Below are positions 53,400 through 64,000 of a stretch of 64,000 nucleotides of DNA, piece after piece. The stretch is from Octopus sinensis (lineage: Eukaryota): positions 62,001 through 126,000 of the forward strand of contig NW_021832124.1 of NCBI RefSeq assembly GCF_006345805.1, in the 5' to 3' direction. Each line of letters starts with the position of its first letter. The first letter of the stretch is position 1. Both the position numbers and the translations under genes were made by a program. The notes below the pieces were generated by a model. The model saw nothing but the letters and a program-made list of their open reading frames with translations, ran no database searches and was not told the DNA's origin.

Positions 53400-54110
53400 A
53401 CCTTTTGAAAGTTAGTTAGTAAGTGCCTAAGGTTTCGCTCATGCCGTACTCTCAACTATCCTTCCAGTCAGTCTTTTCCATCCAGCCTTGTTTGGAAATG
53501 TCCTCAAGATCGTCATCAGTTTTAAGTCGGTCGTCAATTCTCGCGTAATCATCCCTCAGGCAGAGGGAAGCGTGCGTCTTTGCCGACCAAGAAATCCAAT
53601 TCCGTGATTAAAGAAGTATTCTTCCATAATTTGATTACAAATAATCATATCGTTCATTCTCAGGACATTTCCGAAAAGTCTCCAACGTGAAAAGTAACTT
53701 CCTTGCTAATCGGCTTGCATTTACATAATTTGTAGAGAGTGTTGTTTTTGATAGTTCAACCAGCAGAAAAAGCACAATCCTCAAGGAGTCTTCTTTACAA
53801 TATCCTCGAGAACCCGCAGTAGTTTATCTCAAAGATACTGTCGAACGCTTTTGATAGGTCAACTCCCAAAATGTGCATTGCTTTCCTGTACTTCTGACAT
53901 AGAATGAGTAAATAATAAGCCACGATTACTCCATACTATATCAGCGGTTGATCTTCCCGGTCTGAATCCGCTTTGATTTGGCGACAAGTATTGATCAATT
54001 GATTTTGATATACGATTCAATGTTGTAATCGACAGAGTTTTTTGCAACGTGGTCAAAATTGGACTGATTGCTAAAGTTTCGGGCTATGAGTTCAGCCGAG
54101 CGTCTGGCGT
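53400..54110 (-). mobile_element. Internally deleted RTE-like LINE
   Basis: LSPNQSGFRPGRSTAD, ILGVDLSKAFD. Confidence 0.75.
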
Positions 54111-54869
54111 CCAATACAAAATGACCAAACTTGTTTTAAAATTAACTAAGAAATTCGATTATTAACTAAGAAATTGTATTTCTAAATAAACCTCATCTAG
54201 AAACTTTGACTATTTTTGATTGTTTCAAAAAATAAATGCACGGCATGTCAATGTTCAATTTACAACATGAATGACCGGATTCAATTTACAACTTGATTTG
54301 CAGACTTACTTGTCTGTAGATGTACGCTCCAATGAACCAATCCTACTCTATAACGCGGAGATCTGGTCTGACTGCCAAAGCTCAACTCTTTCCACAGAAA
54401 GAAATTAAGACTAAGAATTTGCTGGCAGCAATGAAGAACTATACAGAATTACTCATACATCGAGATTGCAAAAACAGGCTCTCCAGGAAGTGACTCCTTT
54501 TTGGACATGTCTTAGGAGCCTCCCAAAACTTATTCATTAATATTTATTAACTGGAGAGCACTCAAACCAAGGAATCGTACTTCTGCCTATCAAACAAAAC
54601 AACATATCGGGGTCGACAAAGAATAACATTACCGACCACGCTCAACCATGAACTCAAGTCGATTTGAAGAAAACTGAAGCCGATAGATGATCGGAACTTA
54701 GATGAGACTCGTCAGAGTCAACTGCCATGCCAGACTTTACTTAAATGCAGATATTTGGTAAGCATTTCTATGTGATCAAAACATGTCTCCGGACGCACTG
54801 ACATATGACAGAACAATAATCCGAACAGTTAATAGAGAATACATGTCTGATAATTAGTTTTACACTGCA

Positions 54870-55060
54870 ATAACTTACTTGATTTCTAAAAAAGATGATA
54901 GTGCGACCTTGAAGGATTTACATCTTGTAACGTGTATGCCAACATTTATGGACTTGTCACCTAGAATACTCCAAGGGAATAAATTGTCTCGTTTGCTATT
55001 TATGATGGCGATAGATCTTCTAAACAGGATACTTAACTTAACTTTCTCGTGCCAGAAGGA
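54870..55060 (+). mobile_element. R4/NeSL-like RT remnant
   Basis: VTCMPTF and ILQGNKLSRLLFMMAID juxtaposed by deletion. Confidence 0.4.
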
Positions 55061-55160
55061 CTCGTTGCCTCGCGGGCAGGGGAACGATAACGAGAATTAA
55101 CCCAGCTGAAAACTGGCCTCCTTCAGATTCGAACCCAGGACTGTCCAGATCCATTATCCT
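55060..55160 (-). mobile_element. Second, divergent SINE head
   Basis: ggataatggatctggacagtcctgggttcgaatctgaaggaggcc resembles the 52330 SINE head. Confidence 0.55.
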
Positions 55161-56060
55161 TCGTAGAGTAAAATGAGTGTTCTCCAGTTAATAAATATTA
55201 ATTAATAATTTAATTTTATAGCATAAAAAATGTTAATGTAAACCAACTGATTAATTCTTTTAAATTATTAGGAGATGACTATTTTACTGTTTTTAATCGT
55301 ATTTATATACCAATCTCAAGTAATATAATTTTCTACTTTCAGAGTACATACGAATCTCGATGTCACTGCGTTTGCAAAGTCAGGAAAGCCGACCGTATGT
55401 CCTTAGTCTATTTTACAGACTCGGAAAGCACCTTCAGTGAGTGGTGAGCACATTTGCGGTTATTGGTTAGTTATTGCAAAAATGTACTTAAATATACAAC
55501 TGATGAATTTTGTTCGAATTGTCGATGTACTTTTCAAATTCGTAACAAACGATTCGTCCAAGTGACTTTATTTTAATAATTTGTAGACTGCAAGTCTTAT
55601 TCTTCTGATCGGACTGAGCTTGATTGGATTCTACATGATCTTTCTCTATATTCGTATGAAATATATGACTGGACACGGCTTGATTGAGACTGAGGAGTCC
55701 ATCGAAGTATGAATGTTGATTTTAAGGGCTTTTACAGAGAACGTGTTCAAAAATTAGTCTTCCGGCTGTGATTGATGCTCTTGGAAAACAAGAACGAATT
55801 TGGCGGGATAAATTGGGTCACCAACAAAAAACAATTTATAACAATTAAAACTGTTTTTCTACTAATAAATTATTAGTTATATTTTTGTAAAATTCAATAT
55901 TATTGAATGATACCGATTATTGGTTATCCTCTTCAATTAATGATGAGCCAAGATGAAGAGGATTATTTATTATTTTTTAGTTTTAATAAATATTGATAAC
56001 TTTAATTTATTTGATGGTAGACCACATTAAATAAAAATCATTTGCTAAGATACACTTTAA

Positions 56061-57502
56061 ATGACGGATAAACAAATCCTTTCACTTTTCAGAACATGGG
56101 ACGAAGGCAGTGCAATAAAGAGAACAACTATTCTTAAAAAATTTATTTTGGAATGTTTCGACAAGAACGGCTCTGAGTTAGAAAACTATTTTAAAATGGG
56201 CGATTTACTTTTTTTCAACCGCATCACTTCCTGGTTGCGACTAAAGTGACTTTTATATTCTAATAGTAGTTATATAATCGGGTCCGATTTGAGGACTCAA
56301 CTTGAAGCCCTAAAAATATTCATAACTGCGTCATGTGGGTTGCTTTTCTCAAATTAGATCCAGACATAAATATATGTCAGAATTCGTCCAAGTTGGCGGA
56401 ATTCCGATTCTCCTGGAAATCCTGTCTTTGAATCATCTTCCGGAATTAGTCAAAACAATCTCACTGCAAATATTGGAGGGCATTGGACTGTACGGAAATG
56501 AATACAAAAACATGATTTGTGAATCACACGGTGAGTCCCCCGACTTATACAGGAATCCGAATCATCTCCGAATGTCTCAATTGGGCAAACAGAACTAAAT
56601 CCTGTCATACGTGTGCTCGTCTTCTCCTCAGTCTTTCAAACACAAACGAACAAAACCTTATCAATGTCTACAAGTCACTCATCGCTCTTCTCAACTCATC
56701 CCACGCCCTCACAGTTCAGTTATCAGCAAATGCACTACAACAACTTGTGGTTGGTCCCCTGTTGTGTCCCAGCCTTCTATATTTTTTATTCCCAGTCAGA
56801 TTGTCTCCAATGCGATCGCTGCTCTCAAATCTCTTCATTTGGAGATTCAATTTGAAGGTTTTTTACGACGGAATTTTGGCAGTGTCACAACTGTTGAAAC
56901 AGTTGGCAGATTACGAAAATTACAGAAACGAGATTTTCGATTCGATTATCGAATTGTTGGTCAAAGAAAGCAACATAAAAAAGATTTTCCAAACCGGTAT
57001 TCCACAAAAAAGTCATCATCGTAGAACACGTGTCAGAAAACGAGTCGGTCCCTGTCTACATTCAAATGTCTGCCATTTGCAAGTTGCTGAGGTGATTAGT
57101 CGTTTTGAGACTTGAGGGCATTTATGGAACAAGACCCAAACAGAGTGGATTTGTTTGTAAAGGTTGATATGAAATATTGAGTTGAAATAGAACGGCCTTC
57201 TATATGGCCTTATGAATTCGATTGGCAACTGTGATTGCTGGAAACTGCAGAAAGAGGCTGCTTACTGCATTCGAGTAAGAAATTGTGTATAAATTTAGTT
57301 TTTATGTGAACAATCAGAGCAGATCGAAACAATTGTAGAAAAATGTATTGGGGAAATATTATATTCTATGATTATTGTATTTTGAATTGCACATTTATAG
57401 AACGAAACGGACAACTTTTATGCACATTTGACTGAAGTACATCTGGAAGTGTTTAGATCGTCAGGAATGAAGCTTATGACCCAACAAAAAATAATTATTT
57501 AG
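56061..57502 (+). CDS. ARMH1: Armadillo-like helical domain-containing protein 1
   Basis: WDEGSAIKRTTILKKFI..ELE..LFFNRITSWLRL, EFVQVGGIPILLEIL, YKNMICESHG, VYKSLIALL match ARMH1. Confidence 0.9.
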
Positions 57503-57620
57503 AAAATACATTTTTAACATAACACTTTGTACAAAAAATGCTTTAAAATAACCAAAAATTAAAAATCCAATTTTATAAACACAAGAAAAAACACATTTAT
57601 AAATAGAATTAGAAATAAAA

Positions 57621-58510
57621 TCAGCGTCTAAACCCACACAAATGACACGTCCACTTACCTAGAGAATGAAATACATCAAAAACCATCAGGAGGTTGGAGG
57701 AGTGCCGGTCTAAGACAATACATGTGATACCCCCGGTCACAATCATCACAAAACAACAACTTATCCTGCACATTCACACCCCCAACATACATCATTGTCC
57801 GACGTCCCACACACAGTACACGACTTACACTCAATGCACTGCCAGGAATACGTTTTTATGACCCCCACCATGTGATCCGCAAAATTGAGACAACTCGGAT
57901 GACCTACCTTCATTACTCACCCTAACCAGATCTCCTGCAATTACAACACGTCAAAAGTTCCTCGGCCTTCCCAGAACGGCTGGTCGTCGTCCCGAGACAA
58001 AAATCGCAGTAAAGTCCCCCTTCTTCCTCAGTTCGGTATTTGGTCCTCACAGGGACTACTCTTTTCGGTCTCTTTCTGCTTGAGAACTCCTCCGAGTCGT
58101 CCGAGTCTAAAGAAGGACTTTCCTCCTCACTCGACGACTCCTTCAAGGGACGTGACTCCTTTTCTACCCCGGTGGCTGGAGATGACTGATGTGGGGTACC
58201 ATCCACGTGCACGAAGGTTTCAGTTTGGAGAGTAGGAGGTAGTCGGCTGTATTTGGAGGGTTTATATTGGATGGTTCCGTCTTGTTCGGAACTGAGGACG
58301 TCCTTTTTGGTTTTCCAGATAGCACTGTCATATTGGTATACGCAGGTAAGTCGGTCAAAAAAGGGCAGGCGGGATTCACGGTCCTCAAGCAATTTTGAAT
58401 TGAAGTGACTGACGGATTTTATGCCTTCTTTGTATAATTTGTTGTCCTGAAAGGTCAATTGGAAAGGCAGGATTTCCTACAAAAAATCAACACACAACAA
58501 CGTCCTCCAT
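57621..58510 (-). CDS. DPF2: d4/DPF family BAF subunit (Requiem domain plus double PHD)
   Basis: [17 protein letters not shown]; [45 protein letters not shown]. Confidence 0.9.
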
Positions 58511-60464
58511 TCTTAAAATAATTTATTTAGTTTTATTTAATTAAAAGTTTGATTTATTAAAAGTTTAACTAAATGTTTTTATATTTATAAACGGAAATAT
58601 AATGAAATTTATAAACGGAAATATAATGAAATTGTGATTGTAAAGGCTTGTAGTTTTTTTAGAGATGTTTTATATAATAATGAGGAAAAATATTTTTTAT
58701 GTTAAAAGAAAAATTAAATAAATTAATATTTTTAGTTTCTAATTGGGAAACCAGATTAAATACATAATTTTAATTATCTCATCAAGATTGCTATGAGTGA
58801 AAAACAAGAAAAAGATGATCCACTAGTTGGCTGTGAAGTCCAACAAACGGAACATCAAATCCTTATTAATAAAGAATTTCTTCATTCGCAAAAATTCAAA
58901 TTTCAGTGTTTAATATTTGTATGTCAAATAATATCATTTTTTACTAGTTACTCAACTTGCTGATTATCATCTTTTCTGCAATTAGTACACCACTCAGCAT
59001 AAAGGGAGGTGAATTTATACTTTTTTCCACATTTTTTTCCATGTTCTTCCAAATTGCTCATTTTCTATTTTTTCTTTTTTGTTTCGACAAACTATTTAAA
59101 CCAACAACGATAAATATTACCGAATTTGGCTCATATTTGTTTTTCTCCCTTATTTTTCTAATTTGTCTCATACTCGGAGCCAGTGCATCGTATTCTAATT
59201 CTTCCGCATCCGGAATTCTTGTCATCATTGATGTTTGTAATCTTTTTGTCACAATTTAGATTTACTGCGCAATTTTGAGTGGCGTTCACGGATTGCTTGG
59301 ATATTTCACTAAACGTGGTACCCTCAATTAGATAATTGGCTATTTTGTTTTTTTTGAATCTAAATTACTGGACGTTTAGTTTTTTGCAGTTATCCGAAAT
59401 CAAATATATTTGAAATCTTACTAATTGGATTATCCTTTTCTTTCAAAAATAGCTTAAGTATGTGTAGCAGACCACTGTGATTTATTGCAGATTATAAAAC
59501 CAGGTTGATAATTCAAATTTATCATTCAGAATTTGACCTTATAATTTGAATTAATTAGTTATCATTCCAAGCAAAGTTTATAATAGGGGTTCTGCTTTTT
59601 CGAGTCGATGAGAAAATAATGAAAGTATTAAGTTAGACTTTTTCCAATCCATCAACAAAAAAAATTACATATTTTACTCTGATAAACCTTGAAAAATTAA
59701 CAAATCCAAATTAGTAAATTTATTTAAGTGGAAAAAATATCTTATCATGAGAATTTTGGTTCTAGCTTCCTTCTCTTTGCTATCGATCCGTTTCTTTCCG
59801 CCAGATTCATCGCCCGGAAACAACGTCTGTATCCTCGAACGTTCCACTGGTGTCTCGTGATGGCTGCTTCCTTCACTTAGTCGTTCATTGATCGCATTCT
59901 TTGCCGTTTTAGATAAGAGTTTGACTCTCTCCAGTGTTTATTTGATTACAATTGTCTGAACATATGCAAATGTTGAGTCATGGACTTGTTTTGGTAGTGC
60001 TTGTAAAATTTTTGGACCACCATCTGAAATAGGCCTAATAAGAACAACCAGTGCCAGCTCTGACTGTAAGAAACAACTGTCCATCTCGTATACTGCTATT
60101 ATATTAACTACTTGTAACTTACACACGTTCAAATTATCCACAGATAAACTATAGGTCATATAGAGTAACATGGTCGCCTATGGAAAAAAAGAAAAAAGAC
60201 TGAATTTTCAAAGCAGTTGACGGAACCCAGGTTCGTTGGATTCCAACCAGAATAAGCTAGCAACTTTCAAATACAAGCCTAAATCCCGCTAAATAGAAAG
60301 CGGAATTATTTGTAGAAAATGTATTTGAAGATAAGGTTGAGAAGAAAGTAAATAGGAATGAATAAATGAATTCATACTTGCGAAAATTACAGTGATCAGT
60401 TAAAGTGAATTAGACCAATTGATTTTCAATCAATTTTGATTAAATAATTTAAGAATGTCTCGCC

Positions 60465-60887
60465 ATTTTAAAGAACATGCACAAAGCCAACAAAAAAGTA
60501 TTATTCTCCCTTAATTGGTTGGTGGTGGCAGTCCCCGATAAGCCCAAGAAAGTGGTCATGGACATTACCAAACTCTTCATTCGCGAATCAGTCCTCCTCG
60601 TCGAGGAGTTGTCCAAGGGGCAGTCCGCCATTCTAATCAAAATCCGTCTTGCCAATGTCCGAGAGAAAATCACCAACCTCAAAGCTACAAAACTTGTCCC
60701 CAAGTTGGTAGATTGGCTCGAGTCGGGCAAAGTCAACTTGGAGACCGTCGAATTAATTTGAATTTCCGCACAAGTCTCTGAGGAAGTGCGCCAGGAGAGT
60801 GAGAACATTTGTCGACGCCAGAATGATCTGGATGCCACCGTCCGCTATTACTCACACGGAAATTCTTTGTTCTCAAACATTTTGTGA
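60465..60887 (+). pseudogene. Intronless, GC-richer coding-like island with internal stop; identity unknown
   Basis: 94-codon ORF plus about 35 in-frame codons after TGA; codon-like composition within AT-rich flanks. Confidence 0.3.
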
Positions 60888-60989
60888 TGATATGTTGAAT
60901 TAGAAGAATTAGAAAAAATATTTTTCAATAATTGAAATAAGAATTAAATAAAAATAATCGTGCAGAAACACGAAATATAAAGACAAGAT

Positions 60990-61385
60990 TTTTTAATATT
61001 TGATGTATGGAATAGCCTTCCTAAGTCATTCTATTTATTAAAAAAATTCGTATTTAAAATTATAATAATATTTAGATCAATATATATTTGCGAAAAGTCA
61101 TTCTCAGAAATGAATTCAATAAAATCAAAATTGAGAAGTTAGCTAACCGACGAAAGTCTTAATTCTTGTGTAAAATTAAAAATGACTAACTATATTCCCG
61201 AATTAATAACACTGTCAAATGAGATACAGGGACAATCGTCGCATTAATTATTTTATACCTTCTATGTTTAATTTTTTTTCATGTTTTCTTTACAAAATAT
61301 TTTTTATATGGTGGCTCTTTAATCATGCTTTATTGATGTTTAAGTAAAAAGTGTCTCTTTGCCACAAAAAGGTTGCCGACCCCTC
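60990..61385 (+). mobile_element. hAT 3' end (dimerisation domain plus TIR)
   Basis: SIYICEKSFSEMNSIKSKLRS.LTDESL; TIR ggttgccgacccct. Confidence 0.7.
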
Positions 61386-61697
61386 TCCATAGTTATCGTT
61401 GATTCACCATTTTTAGGTTGCCGCCAAAAATATGGCTGATTACAAAAATTAAAAAAATCCGATTTTTTAGATTTAAACAGGATTTTTTTGATTTAAATCA
61501 GATTTTTTATGAAATAGATGATTTTTATTCAAAAAAATAAATAAGAATCCTGAAGTCGAAAAAATTCGTTCAATTTCACCTGCTCCAAGAATTTTTTTGG
61601 AGAGTGGAATTGTTTCAGAAGGTAACTAACAAGAGTTCGACTCCCACCAAGTAATACTTTACTCAATAAGCTTAGAGCGATCATGTATTGCTTAAAT

Positions 61698-62363
61698 CAG
61701 TGTTTCTTAACGTGATCCTCAGAAATATGTTTAGGTCAATTAATTCTTATGATTAAAAAAATTATTTATTCATTTGAATATTTAATTAATTTTATTCCAA
61801 TGGTTTTCTTCTTTGATTATTGATTATCTCAAAAATCTTGAAAATAAAATTGGAGATTATTTCCCAGTTACTGAACCAATTGCGACTTAAGAATACACCC
61901 TTTTATTCCAGAAATCAATAAATTAATTTATAACGACCAAGAAATTGATTTCCAAGGACAGTTGATTGAATTACGAAATTCGCAGTTTCGCAAGTTGACA
62001 TTTAATTCGCATTCGATTATGGAATTCTGGATTTCTGTTATTAATGAATATCCAATCTTAAGTGATAATTTCCTTTCCAACCACTTATTTATGTAAAATG
62101 GCAATGTCTTGTCTTGTTATTCTGAAAAGTAAAGTTCGTAACCTATTTAAGGTGGAGGACGATATGAAAATGGCACTTACCAACATTACCAAAAATTGAA
62201 CAGCTAGTTTCTGAAAAGCTGGATCAAAAATCACACCAACTCTAAATACTATGATTTTTTAGTTTTGTTAGCTTTTTTATTAAATTGTTTTGTTACTGGT
62301 GGTCCTCAAAAAAATTCAACAGACTAAAGTGGTCCCCGGTCAAAAAAAAATTAAGAAACACTG
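61698..62363 (+). mobile_element. Non-autonomous hAT element
   Basis: TIR cagtgtttcttaa / ttaagaaacactg; 8-bp TSD gcttaaat; FW..EYP.L..FPTTYLC remnant. Confidence 0.85.
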
Positions 62364-62399
62364 GCTTAAATGGTTCAGTTCTTGCTCCAAAATTAATCA

Positions 62400-63770
62400 A
62401 AATTGGGGGAGCATATTTATAATGTTCAGCACAATTCTCCAAAGCGAGTTCAATATCTACAGTTGAAAGAATTTTCACAACATGCTGGGTCCATTAGATT
62501 CGCAAGTAAGTGAAAAGGTTTTAATGCTTGATCAGCTTGAGTTTTCACTTTTTCTAAATAGCCGTACATTCATATTCCATATAAGTTTGTTCAAATTCCT
62601 TCCAATTTTTCAGCATGGCAAATCTTCGTAGAATCATTTTGCATTTTGTCTAAAGCAACAGCAATTGATTTAATCAACCGCAAATATTCTTCAACACGAC
62701 ATTTTAGGCAAATATTTAGGACTTTGGAAGCAATATCTGTATCAATATCGGATCTGTGTTTTTCACAAATTCTCAAAATTTTTTTTTATAGAATATCGGA
62801 TAATAATCCAAAGAAAAATAGAGAAGAGAAGTTAACTAATTTAGATGAGTCGCCGAGCGGATGGACAGGCAATTTCCACGTAATATCGCGAACGATATCC
62901 GCTGAAAAAGCCAGCTCGTTTCACGACTGTCGTGACTCCTTCTCGAGATGATTAAACCAATCTCTGAGAGGAGTTTGAGGGCTTTGGGTCCAATTATCCC
63001 ACTGGTCTCGAAAGCCAGGGGAATGAAGCAGCAGGTATCGGTCAAAGAGGCATATTTTGCAGTTTTCCTGGATTCGGCAAGGACAGATGCAGATCCAGGA
63101 CGAGTAGCGGAGTCAACCAACGATGATGGAGAAAATGAGTCTACGCAGGTAACATCCCACACGAGTGCCATTCCCTTCCTGAACGGGAATAAGGTCGACC
63201 CGTCAGGGCGTTTTCCGATGTTACAACCGAAACACATTCTCAAAATTGTAGACCAAATTATCCAGAAAGATTCAAAACAATCCGATAAAGTGTTCCAGCA
63301 AACATCAATCGAAAGACAAGTTTTTTCTGTACCATGTAACTGGAAGATTGACATTTCGAAAGTATTTATTTATTTTGTTTCTTTAACGTCAGCCACTTCT
63401 ACATCTTTTGCAAAAAAGTTTAGATAATCTGCCGAGCAACCATATGTAATATTTTCACTGTCATCTTGCATCATTATCCCCCTCCTTTTAGCCATGTTGG
63501 CAGCATTGTTCGTCACAAGACTCCCGATTTTACATCGGCAGACATGGCAGAATCTAATGCAACAGATTGAAGATACTCCGCAGTGTGTCTGTGTTCAGAA
63601 ATGTCCACAGTGTCAATTAGATGGCTTTCTCCATCTGATGTTACAATCGAGTTTTAATACGTATCTAGCGAGTTTTAATATAAAAACAAAAAATATTTAA
63701 TATATTTTTATAATTTTAATCGGGCCGCACCAAAATTGTGGCGGATGGGCCGTGGTTGAGAACCGCTGGC
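62400..63770 (-). mobile_element. hAT transposase remnant interrupted by a CRE insertion
   Basis: YLRLIKSIAVALDKMQND; TIR-like ggttgagaaccgctg near 63754-63768. Confidence 0.5.
62781..63235 (-). mobile_element. 5'-truncated CRE-like insertion with A-tail
   Basis: GKRPDG..LVWDVTCVDS..FIPLAFETSG..DSRETSWLFQRISFAILRGN; 12-bp TSD attctcaaaatt (62769-62780, 63236-63247). Confidence 0.9.
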
Positions 63771-64000
63771 CTAAATAATAAAAAACAAAGTGAGTTTGAT
63801 CAGTAGGAGGGCAATTTAGCAGTTTTTCGATGAATTTAAAGTGAGTGAGGAGCATGTGCCTGCAGCAATATTTCTTGAGCAATAGAATGTCCAAAGCACC
63901 ACATCAATTGAGATGCCTATTGTACCTCTCGCTGTATCTACATGACAACAATGTTATATACTGCACCCAATTATTCCCTATCACTTTCCCACACGAAAAA

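Noticed and set aside
55300-55830. Possible gene divergent from ARMH1
   Set aside because: No consistent spliced frame found.
58790-60170. Scattered short ORFs on both strands
   Set aside because: Could not be joined or identified.

Overview
AT-rich eukaryotic (animal-type) genomic DNA with extremely short spliceosomal introns (22-29 nt, GT-AG). Together with ciliary/centrosomal genes (ARMH1, TBCCD1) and metazoan beta-tubulin intron positions, this fits a dicyemid-like reduced animal (inference, not verified). Compact genes (MYO18-like, TBCCD1, AIP, EDF1, FMR1/FXR, POLR3F-like, beta-tubulin, COG6-like, NPAT-like, GLRX3, ARMH1, DPF2-like, two orphans) sit among dense transposon debris: about 13 CRE-like retrotransposon pieces, RTE, I/Jockey-like and R4-like LINEs, hAT, Tc1, pogo and Ginger-like DNA elements, and a tRNA-headed SINE. 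Decayed gene copies (SHMT x2, PSMD6, myophilin) are also present. The most striking observations: (1) almost every gene switches from C/A-rich to G/T-rich along its length and resets at each spacer; (2) a fresh CRE insertion carries at its 5' junction a patchwork copied from two distant parts of the neighbouring beta-tubulin gene, one of them antisense and unspliced; (3) a LINE insertion has a perfect 17-bp inverted copy of its own 3' end at its 5' end; (4) several regulators are miniaturised (NPAT, FMR1 without RGG box). Gene identities come from recalled motif similarity, with no database search. Exon models were read by hand, and ends of decayed elements are approximate.
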